Below are positions 11,615-23,628 of a stretch of DNA of 64,000 bases, piece after piece (position 1 is the first letter of the stretch; each line of letters begins with the position of its first letter). The position numbers and the translations under genes were made by a program. The notes below the pieces were generated by a model that saw nothing but the letters and a program-made list of their open reading frames with translations, did no database searches and was not told where the DNA came from. This stretch comes from Haliotis rubra (Eukaryota): assembly GCF_003918875.1 (NCBI RefSeq), contig NW_025767036.1, positions 744,001-808,000 on the forward strand. Direction: 5' to 3'.

Positions 11615-12386
11615 GATGGCAAGGTAGGTTTAGCTTAGGATAACCCAGGTTGAATTGTCAGGCCGTTGTAAATGTGTGTCTGGAATGCTTGGCGCGTTGT
11701 TGAGATTGGAGATATCTCTGCATCTATAGGTGATAAGGTAGACAATGAACGTTTCCGGGCTTCGGTATGAAGGGTACCTCAATTGGTCGGGAACAATGGT
11801 GCTTCCGAGTCTCATAAGTTGTCAAGAAAGTTTAGATCAGAAGAGATTGTTTCGTAAATTGTAATGTATTTAGAGGAAAGATTCGGTGGATGGGGGAATA
11901 AGAAAGTATATGGCAAGAGTGAATGTATCAGTTTATAATGAACATGGCCAGGGAGTCCTGGATGAGTTAGATAACAGATTCCAGTATTTTGTGACACCGA
12001 GAGGCTGCTGAAGGTATGCAGTCACTTATGCCATGCTAAGACGTACCATTTCATTTTAGCAGATTACGTTTTGCCGTGGATGTAACATAATTCTGAAGAA
12101 TGTCACAACACGGAGTAAATTCAACCGACAAATTTGTGAATACAGATGTCTTGATGCAGTAGTTACAACGCTAGCTCTTTTCAGTTCATTTCACACAGCA
12201 GCTTAAGCACTAAAACTATTTTAAGTCTTTGATGAAGTTGTATCAGCAGTCATGATTGTTGTGGATCCATGTCACTGTTGTTTCAGATTTAGAGGTCAGA
12301 ATAAGTTCAAGCAGATAATGTTATGTGTCACATTACATCTACAGTTTTGTTTTCATTTTAACGTAGGAAAACACCTCTAACCGACG

Positions 12387-14903
12387 ATGCTGCTGCTGGT
12401 ACACAATGCTGTGTGGATACAGATGCTTCTTGCCAGTGTTGTTGTGATTGATATGGTATTCAATCAACACCCATGTGCACCTTGCAAGTGTATGGTCAAT
12501 GGAACTGCGGACTGCAGGAATAAAGGCTTGGATATGATACCACGTTCCCTTCCAAATTATACCCAAGAGTTGCTATTCAGTGGAAACAAGCTGACGAAAC
12601 TCTGCAACGATTCCTTTGTACATCTAACTTTACTGATGCTTTTAGATTTGACAAATAACAGTGTAAACCTCATCGAAACGGCAGCATTTGATTCGTTGCC
12701 AAACCTACGGAATCTGTCTTTACAGGGAAATAACTTAACATACAAGGCTTTTTCCCCCTCATTATTTCAGAAGTTGCCAAACCTTAAAATCCTTATCATA
12801 AATAACAACACTGTCACAGATGACCCTACAGTGGAATACCCAAGTGATGCCTTAGCAAACCTGGTATCTCTTACCACTTTGTATATTGATGGTCTAAGGA
12901 ATAAAACATTTGGATTTGGGTTTTTTAAACTAAAATATCTAACTCATCTGGCAATCCAGAGTACAGGAAACAAGTGTGACATGACTGTGGTAACAGAGGA
13001 AACGTTTAAATACTTACCTTATCTTGAACATTTAAAGATTTTCAATTGTCATCTTCACTATATTGCAAAAGGATCTTTTGCTCATCAAGACAATCTCAAA
13101 ACTTTAGATCTGTCCTCTAATCATGATCTCACTTTCGAAGGTGTTACAAATGCTACGTATGGAATAGCTTCATCGCTTGAAGGGTTATTCATTAATGCAA
13201 TAGTAAGTCCATTTGCTGTTTGTGTTGTCATTGAAAGGCCGTTTTGTGAAAACCTTCAAAATACCAGCCTCACTGAACTGCATGCGAATAGAAACAGGGT
13301 GACAATCTTTCAAGAAGGCGCTCTGAGACTTTTCCCCAAATCACTGAAATACGTATATATGAAAGGGAGCAAATTTGAGTATGGTCCTTACATTGGAGAC
13401 CTTTCATCTTTGGTAGGTTTAGAAGTGATCAATATTAGAGGTTATGGCAATAGAAGACTGCCGTTTCCGTCATTGGATGATTTCAGACAAATGTTTTTTC
13501 TTTCTAAACGCCTTAGTTCTGTATACTTTGATGGTGACTATTCACCCCATCCTCCTTTTCTTATTCATCTACCCCCTAATCTACAGAAGGTAGATTTTTC
13601 GGTGTCACAATTGTTCTTTCATATCACAAGATTTCAAGTTTATAAGAACAACATTACTGAAATTGATGTTTCACGGAACCTGTTTACGAAGTGGATTGGC
13701 AATGGTATTGGATTTGAAAAACTTGAAACCTTAAATCTATCAGATAACATTGCGAAATTTGCCACTTCGCAATTTTTCGGGTCTTTCAAGAACCTTAAAC
13801 ATTTGAACATTTCCAAGAATCTTTTGGGAACTGTTCTGGGGAATATCTCTAATGGTAACATGTTCAGTGCCCTAAGCAAACTTCAAACGTTGGACCTATC
13901 AGCAAACTACATAAATAACTACTCATACGCTCTTTTCTCGAACCTATCATCACTGAGAGTGTTAAACATTTCTAAGAATACGATATATGCCTTACACTTT
14001 GATATAAGCCACATGAAGAACTTAAGTGTTTTACAGTGTTCCGGGAACCAAATACACTGGTTAACTAAAACGTTTACAACCAGTCTTGACAAACTCTCGG
14101 ATAATCACAATATAACGGTAGACCTTTCTGGAAACCCCATCTATTGCAATTGCAAAAACATTTGGTTTCTGTCATGGATGATAACAGCTAAAGCTAAAGG
14201 CACCATTTTCTTTGGAAATCTTTCAGATTATTTCTGCATTTATGATGATGAACGTTCCGTGGAACTTGATAACTTGGAAAAGGTTGTTGCAGATTTAACA
14301 TCCTGGTGTCAACATGTCTCTGTGCATTTTGGGTTGTTCGTTGGAATATCTTTAGTGGTCCTTGTTACTTTTAGTGTGCTTATTTGTTCTCTACTGTATC
14401 GATTTCGTTGGAAATTGAAATATGTTTATTATGCAGCACGTCACAGATACAGTACGACACACTCATTCAACCACACGTTCGTCTACGATGCCTTTGTTTC
14501 CTTCGCAGAAGAAGATCGTGACTTTGTTGTTAATGAGCTCCTGGTGAAGTTAGAGGAAGAATCAGACATGAGACTGAACTTCCATCAGCGGGACTTCACC
14601 GCTGGCCGCCCTATAGCTCACAATATCATTGAAGCTGTCAAAACTAGTAGAAGAACGCTGGTTATCTTGTCCAGTCATTTCTTAAAGAGCTCCTGGTGTG
14701 TCCACGAGCTTCAGATGGCTCACATGGAGAGTGTGTCTACTGGTAGGGACGTGTTGCTGATTATTATGATGGAGCACATTCCAACCAACCAAATCCCAGT
14801 GGAAATATTGTATCATATACAATCGGATTCCTATTTGGAATATCCACTGGAAGGAGAGAAGGTGATGTTCTGGAGAAATCTTATTGGAAGTCTGAAAGAA
14901 TAA
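12387..14903 (+). CDS. Toll-like receptor (TLR-A), 838 aa, single-cysteine-cluster type
   Basis: Hydrophobic signal peptide, LRRNT (CAPCKC...DCRNKGL), many LxxLxLxxN repeats, LRRCT (NPIYCNC...C...C), TM helix (FGLFVGISLVVLVTFSVLICSLLY) and TIR (YDAFVSF, RDFTAG, SSWCVHEL, FW). Splice acceptor TTTTAACGTAG ends at 12366. Confidence 0.97.
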   Translation: MLLLVHNAVWIQMLLASVVVIDMVFNQHPCAPCKCMVNGTADCRNKGLDMIPRSLPNYTQELLFSGNKLTKLCNDSFVHLTLLMLLDLTNNSVNLIETAAFDSLPNLRNLSLQGNNLTYKAFSPSLFQKLPNLKILIINNNTVTDDPTVEYPSDALANLVSLTTLYIDGLRNKTFGFGFFKLKYLTHLAIQSTGNKCDMTVVTEETFKYLPYLEHLKIFNCHLHYIAKGSFAHQDNLKTLDLSSNHDLTFEGVTNATYGIASSLEGLFINAIVSPFAVCVVIERPFCENLQNTSLTELHANRNRVTIFQEGALRLFPKSLKYVYMKGSKFEYGPYIGDLSSLVGLEVINIRGYGNRRLPFPSLDDFRQMFFLSKRLSSVYFDGDYSPHPPFLIHLPPNLQKVDFSVSQLFFHITRFQVYKNNITEIDVSRNLFTKWIGNGIGFEKLETLNLSDNIAKFATSQFFGSFKNLKHLNISKNLLGTVLGNISNGNMFSALSKLQTLDLSANYINNYSYALFSNLSSLRVLNISKNTIYALHFDISHMKNLSVLQCSGNQIHWLTKTFTTSLDKLSDNHNITVDLSGNPIYCNCKNIWFLSWMITAKAKGTIFFGNLSDYFCIYDDERSVELDNLEKVVADLTSWCQHVSVHFGLFVGISLVVLVTFSVLICSLLYRFRWKLKYVYYAARHRYSTTHSFNHTFVYDAFVSFAEEDRDFVVNELLVKLEEESDMRLNFHQRDFTAGRPIAHNIIEAVKTSRRTLVILSSHFLKSSWCVHELQMAHMESVSTGRDVLLIIMMEHIPTNQIPVEILYHIQSDSYLEYPLEGEKVMFWRNLIGSLKE

Positions 14904-17900
14904 ACAACCCGATGACATGCCTTAGACTTGGACATGCATAGAACTTACTGAAACGTACCAGCATGTATCCCCGACAAGGTACAAAAAATACAATGGAAAA
15001 TGTAATACTTTGAGCAGCTGCAAGATATTATGAAATGAATCGTTTAACCAGTTGTACCGTTACAGCTCAAGCACATCACCTAAATCAGCAAAGAGAGATT
15101 GATGTTGATTCAAATGTATCCACAGATGAACAGAATGAACACGATCAACGAATAAAAAGCAGATTTAAGATCTTTCATTCTCGATGCATTTATATCATAT
15201 AAGTTGCACTTCCCTCTGTTAACGTTTAGATCAAATTATTTCGAATTGCATGTATATTATAGCTTCATTTTGTGTTGCTTAAGTTGCTTAAGTTCTCATT
15301 GTAACTTCTTATGTGTACATCAATGTTGCATATATTGTACTTCTACATGTGCAATGGGCTGTAGATACTTGCAAGATTAAATGTTGCACTTGAACGACAT
15401 GATATTATTATATTTGGGACTCAAGAGGAAACACGGAAGTCGAACTGTTGGTGACACATGTTGTGTAGGCCATCATTATTTCAGTTATTTAGAATCTTTG
15501 AAAAACCCGAACTAAATAATAGCTGATGGTTTCTCTTACACCACTGACTAAGAATCATCCTCGTTGTCGTCGGCAATTATCTACTGGTGTTACAGGTGTC
15601 ATTTGAAAGGTGAGTGAGTGAGTTACTCCAACAATCTGGGAGACACCAGAACTAGGCTTGACAGAATGTACCCATGTGGGGAATCGAACCCGGGTCATTT
15701 GAGTGACGAGGGTACACGTCAACCAATAGGCTACCTTACGGTGCCTGTCATATGAATAGGTACGTGATAATATTGTGGAAGTTACTTCAGGAGCAATTTT
15801 CCTTCATGTGGGTACATGTAACTATGAGGAAAACTTCATGGAGTCGGAAACTTTATTGTTTCTTTTCGTGTCCTGAACTAACTCATGTCCTGATCATATC
15901 ACATCCTTGTTTCAGAGTATTTCCAGGTGATGTCACTGTCAACAGAATGCATTCATTCAGCATTGACCTGATGAAAGAGCAAGGAGTGCAATTTAACGTT
16001 GTGACAAAGCATGAAAGAAGTTGTTATCCATGATTCGTGTCATCTATTCATGATCTTCAAGGTTGTGAATGCTTGTCAAATACTTTAAGGTGAATATAAT
16101 TGGCCTTGCGCGACCAATGGTGTAACATGCGTAGCTTGCACAGAGAGATTACCCAAGTAACAGTATTACTGATCCATATCAACATGATTGCACACCGGGG
16201 TGGTGAGGTAGCCTAGTGGTTAAAGCGCCAGCTCGTCACCCTGAAGACCCGGGTTCGATTCCCCAAATAGGTACAATGTGTGAATCCCAGTCCTGGTGTC
16301 CCCCAGCGTGATATAACTGGAATATTTCTAAAGGCGGCATAGAACCATACTCACTCTCTGAGTTGGGAATCAAACCTGGGTCTTCTGAGTGACGAGAGGG
16401 CGCTTCAACCACTACGCTACCTCTCAGATGAACCCTAACACTAGTAGTCCAACAACATCTCATCTCCTCAAGAATAATCCTTGTCGCTACGAACGAACGG
16501 TTTAACTAATAGCCTACCCCTTGCCTTAAGAACAGTTCATATAGACAACAATATTATTGTATTTAATAAGTTTTAAATGTCACTTTCAAAGGGATGCATG
16601 TTGTATGTCAGTAGTATAATGTCATGCGTACAATAGGTGTGAAGATGAAAAGATGACAAATATGAATCCCATACTGAAACTAAATGAATAGTTTATACAT
16701 ATGAAGATGTTACTACCTTACATAAACCGCATACAAGACACTTTCTCACGAACGTATTCCAGTGCAAAGATAGTCATTTCATACATAAACCTATGCCAAT
16801 TATCACATGCATTAATTTCGAATTTCACATATATAATTCATGAAACGACCACAGTTGAGGATATTGGCGAGTTCTTGCTTTGTTTGCTTGTTGTTTATCG
16901 CCGAACTATAAAGCTATGATCGAGGCTGGACCAGACAATCCAGACATTTGTGATCCGATGACATGTGTCGACCAAGCCAGCGAGCCTGACCACCCGATCC
17001 CGTTAGTTGTCTCTTACGGCAAGCATGGGTTACTGCAGACGAATTCTAACCCGGACCTTCATGGGTATGTATTTTGTTATTAATATTTATGCACATGTAT
17101 GAATATCATCAATTATCTGTTATTTGTGACCATGCACATAATAAAATAAACGTTCACCAAGACAATGCAACTAAAAAAATAAAATCAATATGAGTTTATA
17201 TATTATCACGGACATGCATGTGTACATATGAAGAGGTGCTTTGAAATCTATGCAAACTTTAGGCAATGTGCAAAGGATGGTTTGGGTAGGGTGTGCTGGT
17301 ACAACGGTTCTATTATACCGTGCATGATGCACACAGCCGAGGTATGTGGTCTGTGAGCCTCCTAACAAACACGTATATTCCCAATGATAAAGGGTGGTAG
17401 GGTAGCCTAGTGCTTAAAGCGTTCAATTCCCAACGTGGGTACAATGAGTGAAGGTCATTTGGGGTGTCCCCCCGCCGTCATATTGCTGGAATATTGCATA
17501 AAGCGTCGTGAAACTAAACCCATTCACTCACTCAGTGATAAAGACAGGTTTTTTGTCGTGTTGTTACCTTAGGTTAACCAAGCCAAAACAGATACACATT
17601 CCGCGCTTTGATGAAATAGAGAAGTGTTATTGTAACTCCACAAATGTCACGTTGTCGCATTGCCGAATTTTGGTTTAGTTTGTCACTTCTGGTGACGTTT
17701 ATCAGGATTCCATACATTTCTGATTACATCCGTAACAGTTGATCACTGGATTGTCTGGTCCAGGCTGGATTATTTACAGACCGCCGTCGTACAGTTGGAA
17801 TATTACTGAGTGCAGCGTTAAACAACGAACAAACAAATATACATATGTAACGGGAAGATCAATTGTATTGCCACGGCAACAGAATATGTTTAGACATCAA

Positions 17901-18010
17901 AGGCAACCCTTTCAAGACGCGATCACGCCAAGTCACTAATTAGCACAATGCATGCAGTATTTACATTTCCTAGTACGGAAACCATCCTCATGGCAAAAAA
18001 ATTGATAGCC

Positions 18011-21000
18011 ATGCCTTGTTAGTGACAATCAATACTGCTTTACACGTATGATGCCGAGAAAATGTGACTTCATCATTCCCAAATGTAATGTAATGTCAGT
18101 GCTGGAAATATTTGAAAACTCGAAAATATGTCGAAACATCCACAATTCTTAATTAGACGGTTACGCTGGTTATGTGTAACAATGGACTGAGTTAATTTAA
18201 GAAAGTATAGAAAACCACAAATTTCGTGAGACCCAAACAAACCACAGAGTTTAGGAAATAGCTATAATCTTACTGTTTAAAATACAAATACTCTTGTGTC
18301 CACGTTGAAGAGACCTAAGTAAACACTTTGAATTATCCGAGTTTCCATATGTAACAAGTACAAAACAAGTGTGTAACAAGTACAAGATATACAAATTGTA
18401 AATTGTCCCTGAAAAGCAATCTATTGTAATATGTCTTGTTTTATGTTCCTGTTCGGAATCAATTCATAACACCTTACACAATACAATTGTCAGTGAAAAG
18501 TTTTACATTTTCACAAGTCCATGATTTGTTTATAGTCATCACTGGTTCATGGGTCGAGTAGTACTTCCTATGCAAATTAGCAAAATCTTAATGAGGTCGG
18601 GTCTGCTGTCTTGTCCTTAGTTTTCATTGGTTGAAAATGTGCAGCATCTTGATTGGATGTTGAATTTAGTTGCATTTGGAAAGTGTGAAGTTTGTTCACT
18701 TGCTGTCTTTCTCCCAACCTGGCAAGAGAGTTGGAAAGTCATAGATGGAGGATTGTGATTTTGGTGAATTACAGGTTAGTTCCACTTGGTTTTATATAAA
18801 AAAGAATAAAATACAAAAATATGTTGAATTGTTGAAAGGTTAATTCAGGATTAATTGTTGCTGAATTTATGTATTTGGTGGAGGTATACTTTTACTTGTG
18901 GTTAGCAGTTGTTGGTGTCAATAATTTCACTTTCAATTGATTCAGATTTATGTTTGAGTCAAAACAGATTGTACGTTTACTTTACTGATGAGAATTAGGA
19001 TTCCCATGCTAAGTTAGGCATACATATTTAGGTCCTTGGCTGGTGGTTTGTTGGTGCCTCACAACATGTGGCCAGTTTGAAACAAGGTGTCCCATAGATG
19101 GTAAGACACGTTGATGTTTCTTTATGTTCAGTGGTAGTACTGCAAGTGTTATCATCTGAACAATGTGCAATGAAATGAATGTGATGGAATAGATATTTTG
19201 ATGGAGAATTATATATCCATATGCATTGTTTCAGACTTGTATTTATACAAACTACAGTAATACGCCGGAACTACAACGATCCCCGTTAAAGACACATCCG
19301 AAAAATAGATTACAAAGGGACCAGGGTTTTACTTTGACACAACCGTAATTGCACACAGATCTTACTCACTCCAGATTATGACCACGTGATATTATTGAAG
19401 TGATGGAGTTTAGTTTTAAGCCGCACTCAGCATTATTCCAGGTATATGACGGTTGTCTGTAAATAATCGAATCTAGAACAGACAGTCCAGTGATCAACAG
19501 CATGAGCATCGTACTACGCAATGATGACATGTTTCTACCAAGTCAGCGAACCTGACCACCTGATCCCGTTAGTCGCCTTTTAGGACAGGCATGGGAGGCT
19601 GAAGATCAAATCATACCTGGATCTTCACGGGTTATTATTGAAGTAAGCATTACTGAAGGTATGTCACATTCAGCCACACTGTGTGGTCATCGCACGTACA
19701 CCTACCAGATATACATAGCGAAACATTTGGCTCCTTTGGGGAGGTCTTCTCTGTTTCCTTGTAAGTTTGGCTAAACTCATCAAATGTCGCCAGCGGCTGA
19801 AGGGATGCTGTAAATCTAGCAAGGGTCCATGCAGGTAGCAAAAGTACTGTACGTCCCCATGGTCCCTAGTATGGTGATCTACCTTTAGTTACTGGCGATC
19901 TATAGCCCATTTTTATATCGTCTTGTTGATTAATAATTATTTTGGTCTTTTAACTGCTTTCAGCTAGTTTTATAATGCACCTTTATATTCTAGCTATTAT
20001 ACTGTCCATCAATGACAGGCTTCTTATTAACACTATATATTATACTTCTATTCGATTTCTCATCATTTTATGGCTGACTATTGCCCTTGTGACGTTACGG
20101 TTTAATTTTAACTCACTCACTGTATCTATACTGAAGCCATTAAAAACGCAATTGGTATTTGTTGTACTGAAACTTACAACAGAGGATGTAGGGATAAAAG
20201 GCTGTTATTCTGGCCCAGAGCATTCCTCTCACATGAACTTTGATACTTAAAACTGAACCTTTGACATTTCTCGTAAACACAACCACATTCATGAAACACG
20301 TTGTGCACATTCATTACCTGCATCCAGGCCCTGTAAAAGCACAAGGAATTGTGGAACTCAATCTCTTTGAGAAAATGCCACACTTGACACAAGACGAAAG
20401 GAATCAGGTTATTGGTATGGTCAGCCAAGGAGCTTCAGATGTGATGATTGCCAGGCACTTTAATGTGCATCCACCCACTGTAAGTCGACTCAGACAACGT
20501 TTTCGTCCAACAGGAAGTGTTGCTGATCGTCGAGTCCGCGACCTGGTGCACCACCTGTAATAACAGCTCGACAAAACCGCAATATCCGAGTTTCACACTT
20601 GCGAAATCGGTTCCAAACAGCTGATGATGAGGCAAGGAGGACAATTGAGACAAGTCAACGTCATTTCAGCGCCCAAAAGGTGCAAGGACGCCTTGCTGCC
20701 TTCGGTGTCGTCACCCGAACCGTGGTCCAACCTTATTGCATCGCCACAGACTTGCCAGACAGCGATGGGCAGCAAATGGGGCCAATCTTGGCAACAGGAC
20801 ATGGCCAGATGTCATGGCCAGATGTCACTTTTAGACCGATACGACCGAAAATAGTTTCATATCATCAAGCTTTCAAAAGTTGATTACATGTTTGGATAAC
20901 AATCACGTTATACATGTATATATGTATATGTTATAAATGTATATTATACATGAATGATAGAGACTAGAATTTGTTTAAAAATCAGATTATGGAGCTCGTT

Positions 21001-22447
21001 TAATATACTCAGTAGGACAATATTGAAATTAGAACTCCAGTTTAAACAAAAGAAATATTTTACTCCTGAAAATGCAGGAAAGATATATTTTGCCTTTGGC
21101 TTCACAAAATATAAATACTGTCTTTAAGAAATTTAACCAATATATACTGTATGATATATGAATTCACGTGACTAAAACCTCAGCGGTAATCCTATTGTTT
21201 TAGGTATTGAGCCGGTTCACCACAGCTTAAACATTGCCAAATGATATAAAACCGAAATGTGTTTGTAAAATGCAGTTATATCCTTGCGTTCATATTACGT
21301 TCAGCATTGCAGCTGGGAAATCTTTGTCTCCCGCAAACACAGTGTTTTGAGAGTGAGTGAGTGAGTTGTAAATGTATGCAGCAAGTGCCTGACTTAGTCA
21401 CGTCTGGAGCTGATACAAGTAATATTTGACAACAAAATGATAGAAATACCGTATGGATTTAGTAGCACAAGAGTGAGTGAATATTCGCACCTAATAAAGA
21501 AACTGCTGCGATAAGCAAGTTGATATCATTACAGATGTTTACTGTGAAGTGGCTGAGTGGATGCATACAGGAAGATCCGGGTTACAATTAGTCTTCAGCA
21601 GCCCATGCTTGTCGCATGAGGCTACTAACGGGATCGGGTGTTCAGACTCACTGAAGTGGTTGACGTCTCCGTAACCCAGTTGCGTAGATCAATGTTCATG
21701 ATGTTGATCACTGGATTGTCTAGTCCAGCCTCAATTATTTACAAATCGCCGCTGTATAGCTGGAATATTGCTGGGTGTGTACTTTATGAGATTTTAGTTC
21801 AGAATAGTACATGTCTAAGCACGGTGGTCATAGCCCCAGCCCCGTGAAACGTAGTAGGTACGTCCATACACGTGTTCTACATGAGAACAAACAACAGGGT
21901 ACGTGTTTTGAAGCATGGCCTCACCTTTTGACCCAGTCGAATCCTTTTTGTAAGATGAGCGAGTCTGGTTTATGTCTTCCGTTGATGTTTATAATATACT
22001 TGAGATAATTCGCTAAAATTATGTGCTGTGTGATTACTACATTTGTCATTAGCATGTATGAAGGACGGTCTTCAGACAACACTGAAGCAGAATATGATTC
22101 TTTACGTTTAAAGAGCCTATGCAAGGAATTAAATGTTTAAAGCCGGTAGAATACTATATTCCGGTGGGGAGGTGGTGTAGCCATGTGGACAAAGTGTTCG
22201 CTCGTTACGCCGAACACCTGGGTTCGATTTCCCGCATTGGTACAATGTGTGAAGCCCATTTCTGGTGTCCCAGAAAACTCACCCAATTTATAACGCCAAC
22301 AGCAACCCAAACGTTTTTATCCATCACGATGTCGTCGAGATTTGTGAAAGATGGATTGAAGCTACAGTGGTGAGTGTATGCCTGAAACAGACCTTCAGTC
22401 TCCACGTCAAATCGGCGAAGTAGAGACTAAGTTATCATTAGTATATG
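18011..22447 (+). repeat. ~4.4-kb direct segmental duplication, copy 1 (copy 2 at 24220-28605)
   Basis: Long colinear high-identity matches, e.g. 19120-20123/25010-26013 and 20826-22447/27108-28605. Confidence 0.95.
20129..20825 (+). mobile_element. 5' half of a Tc1 transposon (degenerate transposase from ATG 20375)
   Basis: MPHLTQDERNQVIGMVSQG...IARHFNVHPPTVSRLRQRFRPTGSVADRR, then LRNRFQTA after a frameshift. Starts after a TA and is absent from the duplicate copy. Confidence 0.88.
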
Positions 22448-22639
22448 ATAATAATTAATGATAGTACTTGATTTCTTAAAAATTAACCCATTTATGCATA
22501 TCGTCCCTTTTTTCTTGGGGTACTTCAAGGGCCTTGTGTCCATCAACAGGTGCTCACTGGTTCACTGACAAAGTTAAATCAAATCTATGCCCACACCATC
22601 ATAAAAGTCTAGTGGAATGATGAGTGGAAAATGTGGGTT

Positions 22640-23050
22640 TAAGGAGGGACTTGAACATGTCTTTGCATTTGGTGTTTCTCAGTTAAGAAGCCAGAACTGC
22701 AGTTCCCCATAACACGGTCAGACATGGTAGAAGTAGACAGAAGCTGATTAAGTAGAGCACCTCTGGAGGATCGAAGTGCACGTTGAGGGGAATACAGGAG
22801 ATCAAGTCCTTAAGGTATGAAGGATAGTTATCATTGTTGAGGTAATCATGGGTGATAATACACATCTTGAAGATAATTCGAAGGGAGACAGGAAACCAGT
22901 GCAAGGTTTTGAGGCAGGAGGGAAGTGTTCAGTTCTAGGAATCTTTGCGATGCATCGAGCGGAAGAATTTTTTAATTCGCTGTAACTTGGCTTAGAGAGC
23001 ATTACAATAATCAAGCCTAGAATATACTTGAGAAGTTGCGATGTGACATG
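22640..23050 (-). mobile_element. L2/CR1-clade LINE ORF2 3' fragment
   Basis: ELKNSSARCIAKIPRTEH and HWFPVSLRIIFKMCIITHDYL..NYPSYLKDLI match the LQ.VQN.AAR and LHWLPV..RI.FK signatures. Confidence 0.75.
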
Positions 23051-23464
23051 ACCGTAAACTGTTCAGTATACCAGATGAGGAACAGATGAAGGGAGAACGT
23101 GTGTTAATTGTACTAAATATTCGCTTGATGAAGCGGAGATAGATAACCAAGAGATCTCATGCCGAGAAGTTGCATGCCAGTGAAAATACACATCAATTGA
23201 GTGCAAAATGTGAACTGGTGATTGATATTATGAGTGTCTTGTTTGTTTCAGGATTGTGTGGTAAATAATGCTTGTACCCTCATATACACATCAAATACTT
23301 TCTGTAATATAATTCAGAGCGGACATTCACATCATGGGTACTGAAAGATAAACATTTGAAACTAAGGAAGTCCGTGTGCCCGGAAGCCGGAATGTCGGCG
23401 CACGTGGCTCTAATTTGTGGCCAAGGGAAACCGAAAGATGCTGTCTGGCACTTGGGATTGAAGA

Positions 23465-23628
23465 GATAAATATAGGTTATCACGCGAGTGTGTTTTGGGA
23501 TGGTTAATATCCTGCATTAGGAATAATCATTGTATTTAGCGAGCCTTGGCGAGCTAAATACATAGTGTTTATTCCTAATGCAGGATATTAACCATCCCAA
23601 AACACACGAGTGTGATTACCTATTTATC
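23465..23628. repeat. Near-perfect ~164-bp palindrome
   Basis: GTGTGTTTTGGGATGGTTAATATCCTGCATTAGGAATAA and TTATTCCTAATGCAGGATATTAACCATCCCAAAACACAC are exact reverse complements. Confidence 0.92.

Noticed and set aside
11620-12040. Possible L1/Tx1 LINE 3' remnant on the minus strand
   Set aside because: Composition is suggestive but no diagnostic motif could be identified.
12170-12200. ISRE/NF-kB-like motifs near TLR genes
   Set aside because: Short degenerate matches are expected by chance in AT-rich DNA, and the true promoters lie at unlocated upstream exons.
18350-19130. Possible second LTR starting TGTAACA with splice-like signals
   Set aside because: No matching 3' terminus or TSD found.
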